Shown in pieces: positions 19,746 through 29,878 of a stretch of DNA of 64,000 bases; position 1 is the stretch's first letter, and each line of letters opens with the position of its first letter. Origin of the DNA: a virus (taxonomy: Duplodnaviria > Caudoviricetes). The stretch spans positions 269,613-333,612 of IMG/VR virus record IMGVR_UViG_3300027804_000001; one strand, given 5' to 3'. Below the pieces are notes generated by a model. The model saw only the letters and a list, made by a program, of their open reading frames with translations, made no database searches and had not been told where the DNA came from. A program made the position numbers and the translations under genes.

Positions 19746-21578
19746 TTAGAATGTAGTCGAAACCAAAGGTTTTACTCTTATTTTAATATCTTTATTAGGG
19801 AATCTAATTTGGAAAATTTGATTGGATTTCATGAAAATTGTCATATCACTTTGTACAATCTCCTTTGTTGCTTCGTCAACATAACCAACTGAAGCTTCAT
19901 TTGTTGAATATTCACCACCTACTTTACCGTAAACTCTGATATCCACAACACTTACAACACCCGCAACTGTACCAATTTCTTTAAATAAGTCACCCACAAA
20001 TAATGGGTCTCCCATTTTTCTTTTTTCTATTTTGAAATAATCAACAATTTTTTCAATTGTTGCTCTAACTATTTCTGTTTCACTTTCATTCTTATCTCCC
20101 AAAATATCTACCTGTACACCCATGTCGATAACCTCACCACTTTCAATTTCCAAATAGTCATTTATCATTCTATACTCAGAAAGATACTCTATTATATTGT
20201 TTTTTAATGTATTAGAAACTATGTTCGTTAAATTACCTTTTTCATCATATGAGGTTAATTTGATTTTAACCTTATTATCTTCTTCCATCACATTTACTTT
20301 AGCCGGTGCACCAAACGTAGATGGCATATTTTCAATTATTGATTTATAATCATTTAATGTAACCGCTCTATTTTGTGCTGCGAAATTATAAGCAACCATG
20401 TTTCTAATTTCCTCTATTGTTGGTTGATCCGCACCACCGATTGCAGGTGTAACGTTTGTTACTCTTAAAGATTGTATAACTTGAGTGTTTACTGAAGAAA
20501 CTGGTCCATTAACAACAAAATCAACATTATCAACACTTGTAATCACATTAACACCTAAGTTACTATCTTTACCTCCACCAATTCTATATTTTATAAAAAT
20601 CGTAGTGTTCGCCTTTGGAATTGCACCTAATGATAAATTGTTTAGATATGTTGCAAGATTTACTTTTAAATCACCTGTCATATAATTGTCTAAATTGTCA
20701 AGTGGATTAACTGTTCCTGAACCAAATGTTAAATGGAAATAACCTTCTGGTGTAAATTCTGTAATAAATTTATTATTTACTGCCAGATACGTACCAGGTT
20801 TAAAATTATCTTTATCAGATACTTTAGTTGGGTCGGGTATAAACACTTTATCCTGCATTAATGTTTTTACTTCATACCATTTATTTGTTGGAGATGAAAA
20901 CTCTGCAGAGGTTGGATTAGCACCGAATGTCGTACCATCTTTATGAATAACTGATGTTATACCTAAAATATTTTGTTCGGGTAAATAAACCTTTAAGAAT
21001 GGTTTTTGATCTAAATCATTTATAACTTTTCTAAAAACTCTAGTTACACCATTTACAACCGCCTCTCTTTTTGTAATGGTGTATGATATTAATTTGTTAT
21101 TACCATCAAAATTTGGAATTTTTAATCTGTTTGGTTCACCTTTACTATTAAATGGATTTGAGAAATCTATATCTTCAACTGTTTCAAAAATTTGACCTCC
21201 TCCAGATATTTGTGCTCCTGATCTTAATAAACCCAAATATTCAGTTTTTTCTTTATCTCCACTTACAGGTACATTAATTGAAAAATCACATAAAGCAACT
21301 GATGGTCTATTACCTGGTATTTTTAATCCATATGTTTTTGCAATATGAAAAAGAGATTGTCTTTGTTGTGCAAAATCTAATATCGTTTCTTGCCAAACTC
21401 TATCAATGTGGAAATGTAAATTATCCGCAACCGCAGCATTTAAATCTAATAATACTGAAAATATTGAGGCATCATTGGTATTTTTAACCAAATCAGGATA
21501 ATAATCTTTGGTCATGTTAACCAATTCTTCTCTTAGTCCCGCAAAATCTCTTGTTGCGTATGATATTTTCTTTGACAT
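19746..21578 (-). CDS. Baseplate wedge subunit, T4 gp6/baseplate J-like
   Basis: GGADQPTIEEIR...AQNRAVTLNDY motif typical of gp6-like proteins; adjacent to gp25-like gene. Confidence 0.85.
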   Translation of the reverse strand: MSKKISYATRDFAGLREELVNMTKDYYPDLVKNTNDASIFSVLLDLNAAVADNLHFHIDRVWQETILDFAQQRQSLFHIAKTYGLKIPGNRPSVALCDFSINVPVSGDKEKTEYLGLLRSGAQISGGGQIFETVEDIDFSNPFNSKGEPNRLKIPNFDGNNKLISYTITKREAVVNGVTRVFRKVINDLDQKPFLKVYLPEQNILGITSVIHKDGTTFGANPTSAEFSSPTNKWYEVKTLMQDKVFIPDPTKVSDKDNFKPGTYLAVNNKFITEFTPEGYFHLTFGSGTVNPLDNLDNYMTGDLKVNLATYLNNLSLGAIPKANTTIFIKYRIGGGKDSNLGVNVITSVDNVDFVVNGPVSSVNTQVIQSLRVTNVTPAIGGADQPTIEEIRNMVAYNFAAQNRAVTLNDYKSIIENMPSTFGAPAKVNVMEEDNKVKIKLTSYDEKGNLTNIVSNTLKNNIIEYLSEYRMINDYLEIESGEVIDMGVQVDILGDKNESETEIVRATIEKIVDYFKIEKRKMGDPLFVGDLFKEIGTVAGVVSVVDIRVYGKVGGEYSTNEASVGYVDEATKEIVQSDMTIFMKSNQIFQIRFPNKDIKIRVKPLVSTTF

Positions 21579-21579
21579 A

Positions 21580-22032
21580 TTATATATTGATAATTATAAA
21601 ATCCGAAGATGAAAATGCTCCGTTATTAACCGTATAGTCTATTTTTACTTTGGCGGTATATGGTTTAGTAGATTGGTCAGAAACCCTAAACAATCTTTCA
21701 TCTTCTTGTTGTGTGTAGTTTTTAGATTGGTCTGGGTCGTCTTCCGCCGACATTATTTTAATAGAGTTAATATCTAAATTTGGAATGAATTTTCTAACTC
21801 CGTCTCTGATTTCTTCTTCTATTAAATTAAATGTTATGACATCATTTTGATCAAAGATGTATTCATATATTCTTGTTCCAAAATCAGGTAAATAATATCT
21901 CGTACCCTTTCTTGTAAGAATAAGATGAATCAAATTTGCTCTAACTTCTCTTTCGGGTGTTTCCGTCATTTTAACATAATCACCTTTACTACTATCTCTA
22001 AATGGATAATCTATACCATAGGTTGTTGCCAT
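21580..22032 (-). CDS. Baseplate wedge/sheath initiator, T4 gp25-like
   Basis: NLIHLILTRKGTRYYLPDFGTRIYEYIFD is the gp25/GPW signature; start reassigned to MATTYG (ATG 22032). Confidence 0.85.
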   Translation of the reverse strand: MATTYGIDYPFRDSSKGDYVKMTETPEREVRANLIHLILTRKGTRYYLPDFGTRIYEYIFDQNDVITFNLIEEEIRDGVRKFIPNLDINSIKIMSAEDDPDQSKNYTQQEDERLFRVSDQSTKPYTAKVKIDYTVNNGAFSSSDFIIINI

Positions 22033-22065
22033 AATAATAAATATAAACAATACTAAAATGGTAAT

Positions 22066-22094
22066 AAATAAAAAACCCATCCGAAGATGGGTTT
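22066..22094 (-). terminator. Rho-independent terminator of the nrd/replication operon
   Basis: AAACCCATC-TTCG-GATGGGTTT perfect stem, UUCG loop, followed by TTTATTT. Confidence 0.9.
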
Positions 22095-22193
22095 AATGTT
22101 GTGTCTTGATATTCACCCCCTGTATTCTCAAAACCTGGAAGCTCAAGGTACGCCTTGACGACAGTAGTACTTTGAGGGAGTCTCCCATTATCT
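22095..22193 (-). ncRNA. Candidate structured RNA in nrdA 3' UTR (unidentified)
   Basis: ~100 nt GC-richer spacer foldable into a rod: CTCCCT/AGGGGG, CAAAG/TTTTG, CTG/CAG, TCAAGG-CGTA-CCTTGA; no family recognised. Confidence 0.35.
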
Positions 22194-23972
22194 TTAAGCC
22201 TCACAACTTACACAATCAGGATTCATTGCTTGTGCTGCTATATCACCCCTTAAAACAGATTCTGTTCTCATATAATACAAAGTTTTAACACCTTGTTTCC
22301 ACGCCTCTAAATGAATTTGGTTAATCCATTTAGGGTCTGCAGTTGCAGGAAACGCTAAATTCAAAGAAACTGCTTGGTCGATGTATTGTTGTCTAACACC
22401 CGCTTGTCTAACTAAATCTAATTGATTGATTTCTTTAAAAGTTTTAAAGACTTCTTTTACTGATGACATTTTGAAACCGTCTTCTTCTTTAACTTCATTA
22501 CATAAAACAATTTTACCATCAATAAAACACCACTCATCTAAAAAATCCAATCCTTGTACTGAACCACCATCCGCTAAAATTTGGTCCCACACTTCTTTTG
22601 TGTTTTTACCAATTTTACGAAGTACTCTTTCCAATTCAGGATTCTTTCTAATAAAGGTTCCTTTTGATGTTTGTTCTGTAAATACATTTGCCGCCCATGG
22701 TTCAATACCACTACTTACATTACCACTCAACTTAGAGTTTGATACCGTAGGTGCTACCGCTCTTAAATGAGTGTTTCTCATACCACTTTCTTTACACCAT
22801 AATGGTTCACCATATTCAGAAGCCAACCATCTACTTGCTCTTTCAGATTCAATCTTTAGTTGAGAGAAAATTTTACGAGTTTCAAATTGTGCAGTTAATC
22901 CTTCAAATGGAACACCTTTTTGTTGTAAATAAGTGTGCCATCCTAATACACCTAAACCTAACGCTCTACCTTTTTCCGCTGAACGTACTGCATTATCAAA
23001 ACCTCTTAAGTTTTTAGCTCTTTGAATAAATTCTTCCAATACACCATCTAAAAATATTGTTGATGTATAAACTAAATCGGTGTCTTTCCATTCGTCATAC
23101 TTTGCTAAGTTCAAAGAACTCAAACAACAAACAAATGAATGTTGTTCATCGGTATGTAAAACAATTTCAGAACATATATTAGTCATATGAACTTTCAATC
23201 CATTCTTCTTATACATGTCAGGATTTTGTTTGTTTACATTACCTTTATACATGATATAAGGTTCTCCTGTTGCTTTTCTTTTCTGAAGTAATTTACCCCA
23301 TTTTCTACGAGCCTCTTGGTCACCTTCTTCTAACTTCTTCATAAACTTATCACTAACAACCACACATTGATGTAAGTTTAGTGATTGACGATTAACGTCA
23401 CCTTTTGGTTCTCTGATTTCTAAAAAGTCTTCAAAATCTTTATGGTCAATTTTGATGTTAACAGACGCAGCTCCTCTACGAACCGAACCTTGATTTGTTG
23501 CAAGAATTGTAGAATCGTAAATTTTAATAAATGGAACAACACCATCAGATGTACCATTATTAGTGATTTTCGCACCGGCGGGTCTAATCATATTGATACC
23601 AATACCAACACCACCACCATGTTTTGCAAGTAACATTAATTCTAAATTTTTGTTACCAATTTCAAAAATACTATCACCCACATCAATACCAAAACAAGAG
23701 ATTGGTAAACCTCTATCTGTTCCTGTATTTGATAAAACAGGAGTTGCCAAACATAACCAACCCTTCCAAATATAATCGAAGAATTTTGTAGCTAAATGTG
23801 GTTTTCCTAATCTTTTTGCAATAGTAGTTGCAACTCTCCAATAGGCATCTTTTGGTTTTTCACCAACTAACAAATAACCTTTAGATATTGTCTTTACATA
23901 AATTTCTGTGTTTCCCCAACTTGGGAAATCGACATCGAGCTCCCAACCGAGTTCTTCTCCGTAATTCTTCAT
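22194..23972 (-). CDS. nrdA: Class I ribonucleotide reductase alpha subunit, no ATP cone
   Basis: TPVLSN, PISCF, NICSE (N-C-E catalytic triad), APTVSNS, KTLYYMR, C-terminal CVSC. Confidence 0.97.
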   Translation of the reverse strand: MKNYGEELGWELDVDFPSWGNTEIYVKTISKGYLLVGEKPKDAYWRVATTIAKRLGKPHLATKFFDYIWKGWLCLATPVLSNTGTDRGLPISCFGIDVGDSIFEIGNKNLELMLLAKHGGGVGIGINMIRPAGAKITNNGTSDGVVPFIKIYDSTILATNQGSVRRGAASVNIKIDHKDFEDFLEIREPKGDVNRQSLNLHQCVVVSDKFMKKLEEGDQEARRKWGKLLQKRKATGEPYIMYKGNVNKQNPDMYKKNGLKVHMTNICSEIVLHTDEQHSFVCCLSSLNLAKYDEWKDTDLVYTSTIFLDGVLEEFIQRAKNLRGFDNAVRSAEKGRALGLGVLGWHTYLQQKGVPFEGLTAQFETRKIFSQLKIESERASRWLASEYGEPLWCKESGMRNTHLRAVAPTVSNSKLSGNVSSGIEPWAANVFTEQTSKGTFIRKNPELERVLRKIGKNTKEVWDQILADGGSVQGLDFLDEWCFIDGKIVLCNEVKEEDGFKMSSVKEVFKTFKEINQLDLVRQAGVRQQYIDQAVSLNLAFPATADPKWINQIHLEAWKQGVKTLYYMRTESVLRGDIAAQAMNPDCVSCEA

Positions 23973-23994
23973 ATTTCGTTAAAATTTTTACTAA

Positions 23995-24990
23995 TTAAAA
24001 AATATCATCCCAATTTTCACCTTCTCCCGCTTTACTATAATCAGTTGGTCTGATTGCGAAGAAGTCAGTGTGTGTAACACCACCCGTGAGATGATAAAAC
24101 CAATCCAATTCAGACGCTTTCTTTTCGTTGAATTTAAATGCTCCTTCATAACCAAGTTCAACTAATTTTTCATTAATTCTTTTGGTTATAAATTCTTTAA
24201 GGTCTGATGCTTTGAGATTTTCCAAATCACCCATCTCAAAAATTTTATCGATAAATTTGTATTCAAGTTCTTGAATTAATTTAGCGGCGTTGTATATGTC
24301 TTCTCTTGCCTCTTCCAATAATTCGGGATATTCCATACACATATGTCTAAACAATTGACAACCCATTTTAGAATGTAAAGATTCATCTCTTACACTCCAC
24401 TTCATTTGTTGTCCGATTCCTTTCAATAGATTTCTCATTTGGAAAGAATATAATACAGCGAATGACGAGTATAATGCAACACCTTCAGCAAACGCTGAAA
24501 ATATTGCCAAACTTTTTCCAACTTCAACCCTGGCTTTGTGATTCTTTTTTAAATCTTGTGGTATCCAATCTGCTGTGGTGTTTGTTAATAATTCAAAACG
24601 TTCTTTCATTGTTTCATCATGTAAAAACCCTTCGAAATCTTCCAATCCCAATGTTTCATTTAAGTATGAATAAGCAATAGAGTGAATTGTTTCTTGTGAA
24701 CCAAATGCCATAGCCATTTGACGAATCTCATGTTTTGGAAACCATTTGGTAACCATTCCTGTCCAATAATCTGAAACTGCACATTCTGTTTGTGCAAACC
24801 CTAAAAGAATATTACCAACTAAGTGTTTTTCCGAAGGTGATAAATTTTCATTCCAATCCTTAACATCTCCCTGCATTGGAATTTCGGTATGTAACCAAAA
24901 TGCCTGCATTTGTTTTAACCAACCCTCATTATAATATTCAGGATATTCAAATGGTTTAAATGGTATTCTATCTGTAAATAATTTACTCAT
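23995..24990 (-). CDS. nrdB: Class I ribonucleotide reductase beta subunit (Id/NrdBi-like ligand set)
   Basis: FW...E, QTE(69), ETIH..AY, AEG..LYSSF, RDESLH; true start MSKLFTDR at 24990 (longer ORF-track start overlaps helicase gene). Confidence 0.95.
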   Translation of the reverse strand: MSKLFTDRIPFKPFEYPEYYNEGWLKQMQAFWLHTEIPMQGDVKDWNENLSPSEKHLVGNILLGFAQTECAVSDYWTGMVTKWFPKHEIRQMAMAFGSQETIHSIAYSYLNETLGLEDFEGFLHDETMKERFELLTNTTADWIPQDLKKNHKARVEVGKSLAIFSAFAEGVALYSSFAVLYSFQMRNLLKGIGQQMKWSVRDESLHSKMGCQLFRHMCMEYPELLEEAREDIYNAAKLIQELEYKFIDKIFEMGDLENLKASDLKEFITKRINEKLVELGYEGAFKFNEKKASELDWFYHLTGGVTHTDFFAIRPTDYSKAGEGENWDDIF

Positions 24991-25003
24991 ATCATTATTA
25001 ATT

Positions 25004-26386
25004 TTATACTTTTGTTTTTCTTTCTTGTGATTTTTTAAATACTTCCGCCGCTCTATTTGCTCTCTTTTCTTCTTGTTGATGTTCATGACCAAGAAGTGTA
25101 TTTTGAGATTCTGTATCGATAACTAAAAATTGATTATCAAATTTACAGTTTTGCCAAATAATACCATCCTTACCAACACGTGATTTTAATAATGTTAATG
25201 TAGCTAAATTGTTTTCCTTTTGTTCAAGTGTTTTGCCAATTGAAAGTATAATGTGTGCAATTTGTGCTTTTTTAATTGATCCTCCCATTTGGTCACCCGT
25301 TACAACTTCGGAGGAAATAGATTCACGATTACCTTGTGTTGCAGTCCAAAGAGCAATATCAAATTCAGATGTCATCGCCTCCAAACTTCTCATAATTGAT
25401 CCCTCTCCTTTCCATTCTTCCCCATTAACACTTCTTTCAGGTGAAATACAATCAACATAATCAATAACAACCAAATCAGGTTTAAAACCTTCTGAAATCA
25501 TTTTTCTAATCTTAGATTTAATTTCAGAAATGGTGATACTATCACTTGGAAGTTTGGACAATTTTAAAGAACCGTTTGATCTCTCTTGTTGTTCTCTCAC
25601 TAAAGCCAAAACTTCTTCCTTAAATTCGGGTTGTTCGTCTGGTGCAACTCCTGACCAAATAGTGTAATGTTTTCTTTTAATTTGTCCTTCATTGTCTTCG
25701 AAAAATATTTGAAGAACGTTAAAACCATCATTATAAGCGGTATTTGCAAATTTTGTAAGTAAAGTTGTTTTACCCGTTCCGGTTGGGGCTAATACGACAC
25801 CCAATTCTCCTCTACCAAGACCACCTTTTAAAACATTATCTAAACCAACAATACCGGTCCTAATTGGTAATCTGTAATCCTTTTCGAGTGCGTCATCCAT
25901 ATTATGAAAAACATCCGTAATCATGTCATTCATAATACCCACTTGTAATGCCTTTTGGATTATTTGTTCAATCTTATTATAAGATTCAAATTCCCCACTT
26001 TCGATAATTGATGAGATACTCTTAATCTCTTTTTTAAGGTTTTGTTGTTTACAAAAATTCAACGCTTTGTCTTTAACAAATTCATTGTTTTTTTCTAAAT
26101 TTTTAATTGCCTCGAGTGTGTCTATATGAGGTCTATTAATGTCTTTATTACCACCTTCAGAAATAATTTTTTGTGCTAATGTATCGTAATTTGGAATTTT
26201 ACTATATGATTTATGAAGTTCTTTGATATTCTCCATAATGAATTTAAAGGAGTTATTATCAAAATACTTACTTTCTAAAACATCTACAATTGTATCCCCA
26301 AATTTTTTATCTTCAATAATAGATTTAATAAGTTGCTGTTGAAATGTGTGACCTAGATAACCAAAATTTTTTTCTTCTGATGACAT
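25004..26386 (-). CDS. dnaB: Replicative DNA helicase, DnaB/T4 gp41-like
   Basis: Walker A APTGTGKT, VIDYVDCI, WTATQGNR, LLKSR motifs. Confidence 0.92.
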   Translation of the reverse strand: MSSEEKNFGYLGHTFQQQLIKSIIEDKKFGDTIVDVLESKYFDNNSFKFIMENIKELHKSYSKIPNYDTLAQKIISEGGNKDINRPHIDTLEAIKNLEKNNEFVKDKALNFCKQQNLKKEIKSISSIIESGEFESYNKIEQIIQKALQVGIMNDMITDVFHNMDDALEKDYRLPIRTGIVGLDNVLKGGLGRGELGVVLAPTGTGKTTLLTKFANTAYNDGFNVLQIFFEDNEGQIKRKHYTIWSGVAPDEQPEFKEEVLALVREQQERSNGSLKLSKLPSDSITISEIKSKIRKMISEGFKPDLVVIDYVDCISPERSVNGEEWKGEGSIMRSLEAMTSEFDIALWTATQGNRESISSEVVTGDQMGGSIKKAQIAHIILSIGKTLEQKENNLATLTLLKSRVGKDGIIWQNCKFDNQFLVIDTESQNTLLGHEHQQEEKRANRAAEVFKKSQERKTKV

Positions 26387-26400
26387 AAATTTATATAATT

Positions 26401-26847
26401 TTATAGTTGATAATTCAAGTATGTGGTTTCCAATTCTTTTGAAGACAAGATGTCAGTTAAATCTGACAAAATTCTCTTAAGATTTGGTCGTATATCTACC
26501 GTATATCTAACCTTTGGGTGGAAGTAATATGCGGGGAATATTCTTGAAATAAATACATCTTCATTAAGCTTAATTTCAATCAAAAACTCCTCTTTTATAT
26601 CCTCTTCACCATCTTCCACATTCTCCAAATTCAGAAAATAATTTTGATTTTCACATAGATAATCAGAAGTTTTATTTTTCAAATCCTCACTAATTTCTTC
26701 AGAAATATTTTTTACATAATAGTGTAAATCCATTGATCTTCTTGCTTGTGGATTGTGACCTTTTACATTAAAAAATCTCTGACAAACAATATTGCCATCC
26801 AGCGTTAACAAAAATTCAAATTTTGTGATTTCTTGTTGATTACTCAT
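26401..26847 (-). CDS. Hypothetical protein in replication cluster
   Basis: 148 aa ORF coupled to neighbours. Confidence 0.65.
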   Translation of the reverse strand: MSNQQEITKFEFLLTLDGNIVCQRFFNVKGHNPQARRSMDLHYYVKNISEEISEDLKNKTSDYLCENQNYFLNLENVEDGEEDIKEEFLIEIKLNEDVFISRIFPAYYFHPKVRYTVDIRPNLKRILSDLTDILSSKELETTYLNYQL

Positions 26848-27859
26848 AACTTTTAATTTTAATTGTTTTTTTATTTTTTTCTTTTATTGTTAATCTTAAA
26901 AATGGATTTAAAAATTTAGTCCATGCGTCGTCTGATTTAGGTAGTAGATTGAAGATTCCGTCCTCCATCATCATTTTCATAGTGTTTTTGTATGATCTAC
27001 CTTCGGGGTCAAGAGTATCGTTTATTAACGAATTAATTGTCTCTTTTGCCTCATCTGTAAGAAATGGTTCATCTAAACTTACAATCTTCTTGTTTATGTG
27101 GAAGAATTCCTCACCAAATACACCATGTTTTGTAACACCTGTAAGGATGTTCTTGTATAACCAGTTATTTTTATCCCCTTCAAGTAATAGATTTGTTCTC
27201 TCTATCACTTCTTCAAGTCTAACTGGTCTATCTTTAATTTCAGGGAATAAGGTAAGTAGTCTTTTTAAACCCATACTTTTAATTCCCGATATATTATCGG
27301 ATGGGTCACCACATAACATTTTAACTAATTTGACATTATCAATATGGATAGTTTCGTGATTATAAAAGATACTATCATTTACCTTATAAAGTTTACCGTG
27401 AGAAGGATTGTAAATCTGAGTTTTCTCAGATACAAGTTGTGTTAAATCTCCGTCAGATGAATATATGATTTTGTTTTCTGTTTGGGAATTTTGAACATAA
27501 TATGCAATACAATCATCAGTTTCACAGAATTCAAACTCACCTTGTCTCACATAAAGTTCTTCAAGATATTGTTTAATTCTACCTCTTTGGTAATTGTAGT
27601 TGTCAAGTTCCTCTTCGGTTCTAACTCTATTTCTCCTATTTTCTTTATATAGGTGATATATTTGTTTCCTTTGTGAAGAACCGTTTTCTCCGTCCCAAAA
27701 AACTACTATTTTGTCTAGATGGTATATCTCAAACGTTCTTCTAAGAGTATTGATAAAATGATATATTCCTCCAATATGTTTCCCCTTATAGAAATGATTT
27801 TTGAGACCAAAGAAACCAATCGTGAGTAAATTATCTCCATCTACTAATAAAACAGACAT
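26840..27859 (-). CDS. 5'-3' exonuclease / flap endonuclease (T4 RNase H-like)
   Basis: LLVDGDNL, ETDDCIA, SSDGDLTQL, GDPSDNISGI motifs. Confidence 0.92.
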   Translation of the reverse strand: MSVLLVDGDNLLTIGFFGLKNHFYKGKHIGGIYHFINTLRRTFEIYHLDKIVVFWDGENGSSQRKQIYHLYKENRRNRVRTEEELDNYNYQRGRIKQYLEELYVRQGEFEFCETDDCIAYYVQNSQTENKIIYSSDGDLTQLVSEKTQIYNPSHGKLYKVNDSIFYNHETIHIDNVKLVKMLCGDPSDNISGIKSMGLKRLLTLFPEIKDRPVRLEEVIERTNLLLEGDKNNWLYKNILTGVTKHGVFGEEFFHINKKIVSLDEPFLTDEAKETINSLINDTLDPEGRSYKNTMKMMMEDGIFNLLPKSDDAWTKFLNPFLRLTIKEKNKKTIKIKSYE

Positions 27860-27879
27860 TAAAATTTATTATCATTATA

Positions 27880-28854
27880 CTATTCATCCTCAGTTACAAC
27901 TTCAATATCCATTGCGTCTGTAACGTTAACGCCTAACATTTTACTAATATAGTCTCCATGTTCTGATTTGTAAAGTTCAATGCTTTTCTTTTCTTCAACA
28001 TCGTCTCTACCCTTCATAAAATCATGTGCAGTAACTAAAATTCTACCATCTTCATAACCTAAACCATTTACGTGGTTTTTCATAATAGATATTTTTGTTC
28101 TTGTTGCAATTTTAACTTTTCTCTTATCTTTAGTGATTGAGATTTTAGTAGTTCCTGCACCCTTTTGGTTACCAAATAAGAAAACCAAAGTTGAGTTTAA
28201 CCAAATGGCTTCACCACCTTTTGCTTTGATTTTTGGTTGTCCAAATGGATTATCAGGTAACTCTACCCAAGGTTGGTTAACTATAATTAACGAGTTGGTA
28301 TATTGTTTATCAACCCTTCTAGAACCTGAAATTCTCTGATTTAAACCCATACCGATTTTATCTGCCAATACTGATGCGTTGTGTTGTTTACCACCCTTAC
28401 CATCGTATGTCATTTTACAAGGAACTGAACCTACGGAATCCCATAAGAAAAGAATATCATGTGGAATTTCACCTTTTTCTTGTGCGTCTAATACTTCATT
28501 AAGAAAATCCGTAATTTGTTCGATATATTCAAAATCACTATTGAACAAATAGAAATCATCTTCTTTATTGAAACCCATTAGTTCAGCGTGGTCCCAACTC
28601 CATTTTTGTTCTGTAATAATAAAAACCGGTAGAATACCTTTCTTTTGTGCGTCTACAGCCGCCTTTACAAGTGCAGTTGTTTTTCCTGTATCACTATGAC
28701 CCAGAAACATATTTAAATGACCCATTGCTGGTCCGGGTATTCCTGTAGCATCTAAAAATGCATCACCCAAATCAAAGAAACGGTCAGCCTTATATTCCGC
28801 TTCTTTTGAGAACTTTTTCTTTATTGAACTAAAATCGTTTTTTTTGATTGCCAT
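27880..28854 (-). CDS. recA: RecA/UvsX-like recombinase
   Basis: Walker A GHSDTGKTT, WDSVGSV, IIVNQ, KAKGGEAI; start reassigned to MAIKK. Confidence 0.88.
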   Translation of the reverse strand: MAIKKNDFSSIKKKFSKEAEYKADRFFDLGDAFLDATGIPGPAMGHLNMFLGHSDTGKTTALVKAAVDAQKKGILPVFIITEQKWSWDHAELMGFNKEDDFYLFNSDFEYIEQITDFLNEVLDAQEKGEIPHDILFLWDSVGSVPCKMTYDGKGGKQHNASVLADKIGMGLNQRISGSRRVDKQYTNSLIIVNQPWVELPDNPFGQPKIKAKGGEAIWLNSTLVFLFGNQKGAGTTKISITKDKRKVKIATRTKISIMKNHVNGLGYEDGRILVTAHDFMKGRDDVEEKKSIELYKSEHGDYISKMLGVNVTDAMDIEVVTEDE

Positions 28855-28865
28855 AATATAAAATT

Positions 28866-28901
28866 TAAAAATGGGGACCATTGACGTTATCTACGGCCCC
28901 C
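28866..28901 (-). terminator. Hairpin/terminator between SSB and recombinase genes
   Basis: GGGGGCCGT..GAT-AAC-GTC..ATGGTCCCC followed by ATTTTT on minus strand (with wobble pairs). Confidence 0.55.
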
Positions 28902-28916
28902 TTTGTTTTTTACCAA

Positions 28917-29774
28917 TTAGAATGGTAAATCTTCATCTACATCATCTTCTTCTTGTGGGTCTGCCACAGGTGTGGATTTTTTAGGTGAAGTAATAGTTTC
29001 TTCTACTTGTGAAACTAATTGTGAAGAGGAAATCCATTTGTTACTATCAGTGCTCCATTTTGGAACTTCTCCATTTGCAACAATTTCAAGATAATCTTCA
29101 CCTTTTTTAGAATAAACATCAGACCAAACCAACTCATCATTAACCCATTCATTCGCCTTTGCTTCATCTTCATGTAGTGGAGTCGGATCTTCAGGAATAA
29201 CAGAGTTAATTGTTGTGTATTCTTTTCCTGTTCCTGCTTTAGTTAAACCCAAAGAAAGAATCAAATCACGACCTTTAGTGGTCTCAGTAATATCTCCTTT
29301 GTTTTTGAAGATTGGGAAAATTTTGTCTAATACACCATCCCCCTTTGCATTGTGTTTAAATCTCCAAAATTTAACACCATCTTCTTCATGATCTCTATCA
29401 ATCACCTTAACAATGTAAAATTTACGAGAACGGTATTGTCTTGCCAATTCTCTGTCTGATTCTACACCTGTTTCCATTAAACTTTGGTAAACCTCATTTA
29501 GTGGAGAACGTTTACTTTCTTGTTTTGGGTCATAAAGTTTTAACCATTTTCCATCAACTTGAACTTCATGGAAATAAACCTCAACAAAGGGTGAACCTCC
29601 GTCTTTAGTTGGAAGAATTCTAATTCTTCTTTCTTCACCACGAGAACCTTTTGGAAGGACTGTTGTGAAGTACTTTTTCATTCTGTCTTCTTGTGAGACT
29701 TTGTTTGTGTTGCCACTTGTGGCTTGTTTGCTTTTTTCGTACTGCTTGAGTACTGCATCAAATGTTGTTGACAT
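28917..29774 (-). CDS. Single-stranded DNA-binding protein, T4 gp32-like
   Basis: RRIRILP, FVEVYFH, GDITE..KGRDL, acidic C-tail ending DDVDEDLPF; adjacent to recombinase. Confidence 0.85.
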   Translation of the reverse strand: MSTTFDAVLKQYEKSKQATSGNTNKVSQEDRMKKYFTTVLPKGSRGEERRIRILPTKDGGSPFVEVYFHEVQVDGKWLKLYDPKQESKRSPLNEVYQSLMETGVESDRELARQYRSRKFYIVKVIDRDHEEDGVKFWRFKHNAKGDGVLDKIFPIFKNKGDITETTKGRDLILSLGLTKAGTGKEYTTINSVIPEDPTPLHEDEAKANEWVNDELVWSDVYSKKGEDYLEIVANGEVPKWSTDSNKWISSSQLVSQVEETITSPKKSTPVADPQEEDDVDEDLPF

Positions 29775-29819
29775 AATAAATAATTTAAGTTAATAATATC
29801 ATTGTCTTAATAATATAAA

Positions 29820-29850
29820 TAAAAAAACCCGAATTATAAAATCCGGGTTA
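29820..29850 (-). terminator. Rho-independent terminator
   Basis: AACCCGG-ATTTTATAAT-TCGGGTT then T-tract on minus strand. Confidence 0.75.
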
Positions 29851-29878
29851 ATCTTTTTTTAAAAAATCTTTTTTCTTG

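Noticed and set aside
22111-22120. GGGGGTGAA resembling a tmRNA 5' end
   Set aside because: No following TCGAC D-loop motif, T-arm or CCA acceptor end; also no SRP or hammerhead core motifs.
24991-25092. Basic N-terminal extension on NrdB in the ORF track
   Set aside because: Overlaps the helicase 3' end in another frame; homology begins at MSKLFTDR (24990).
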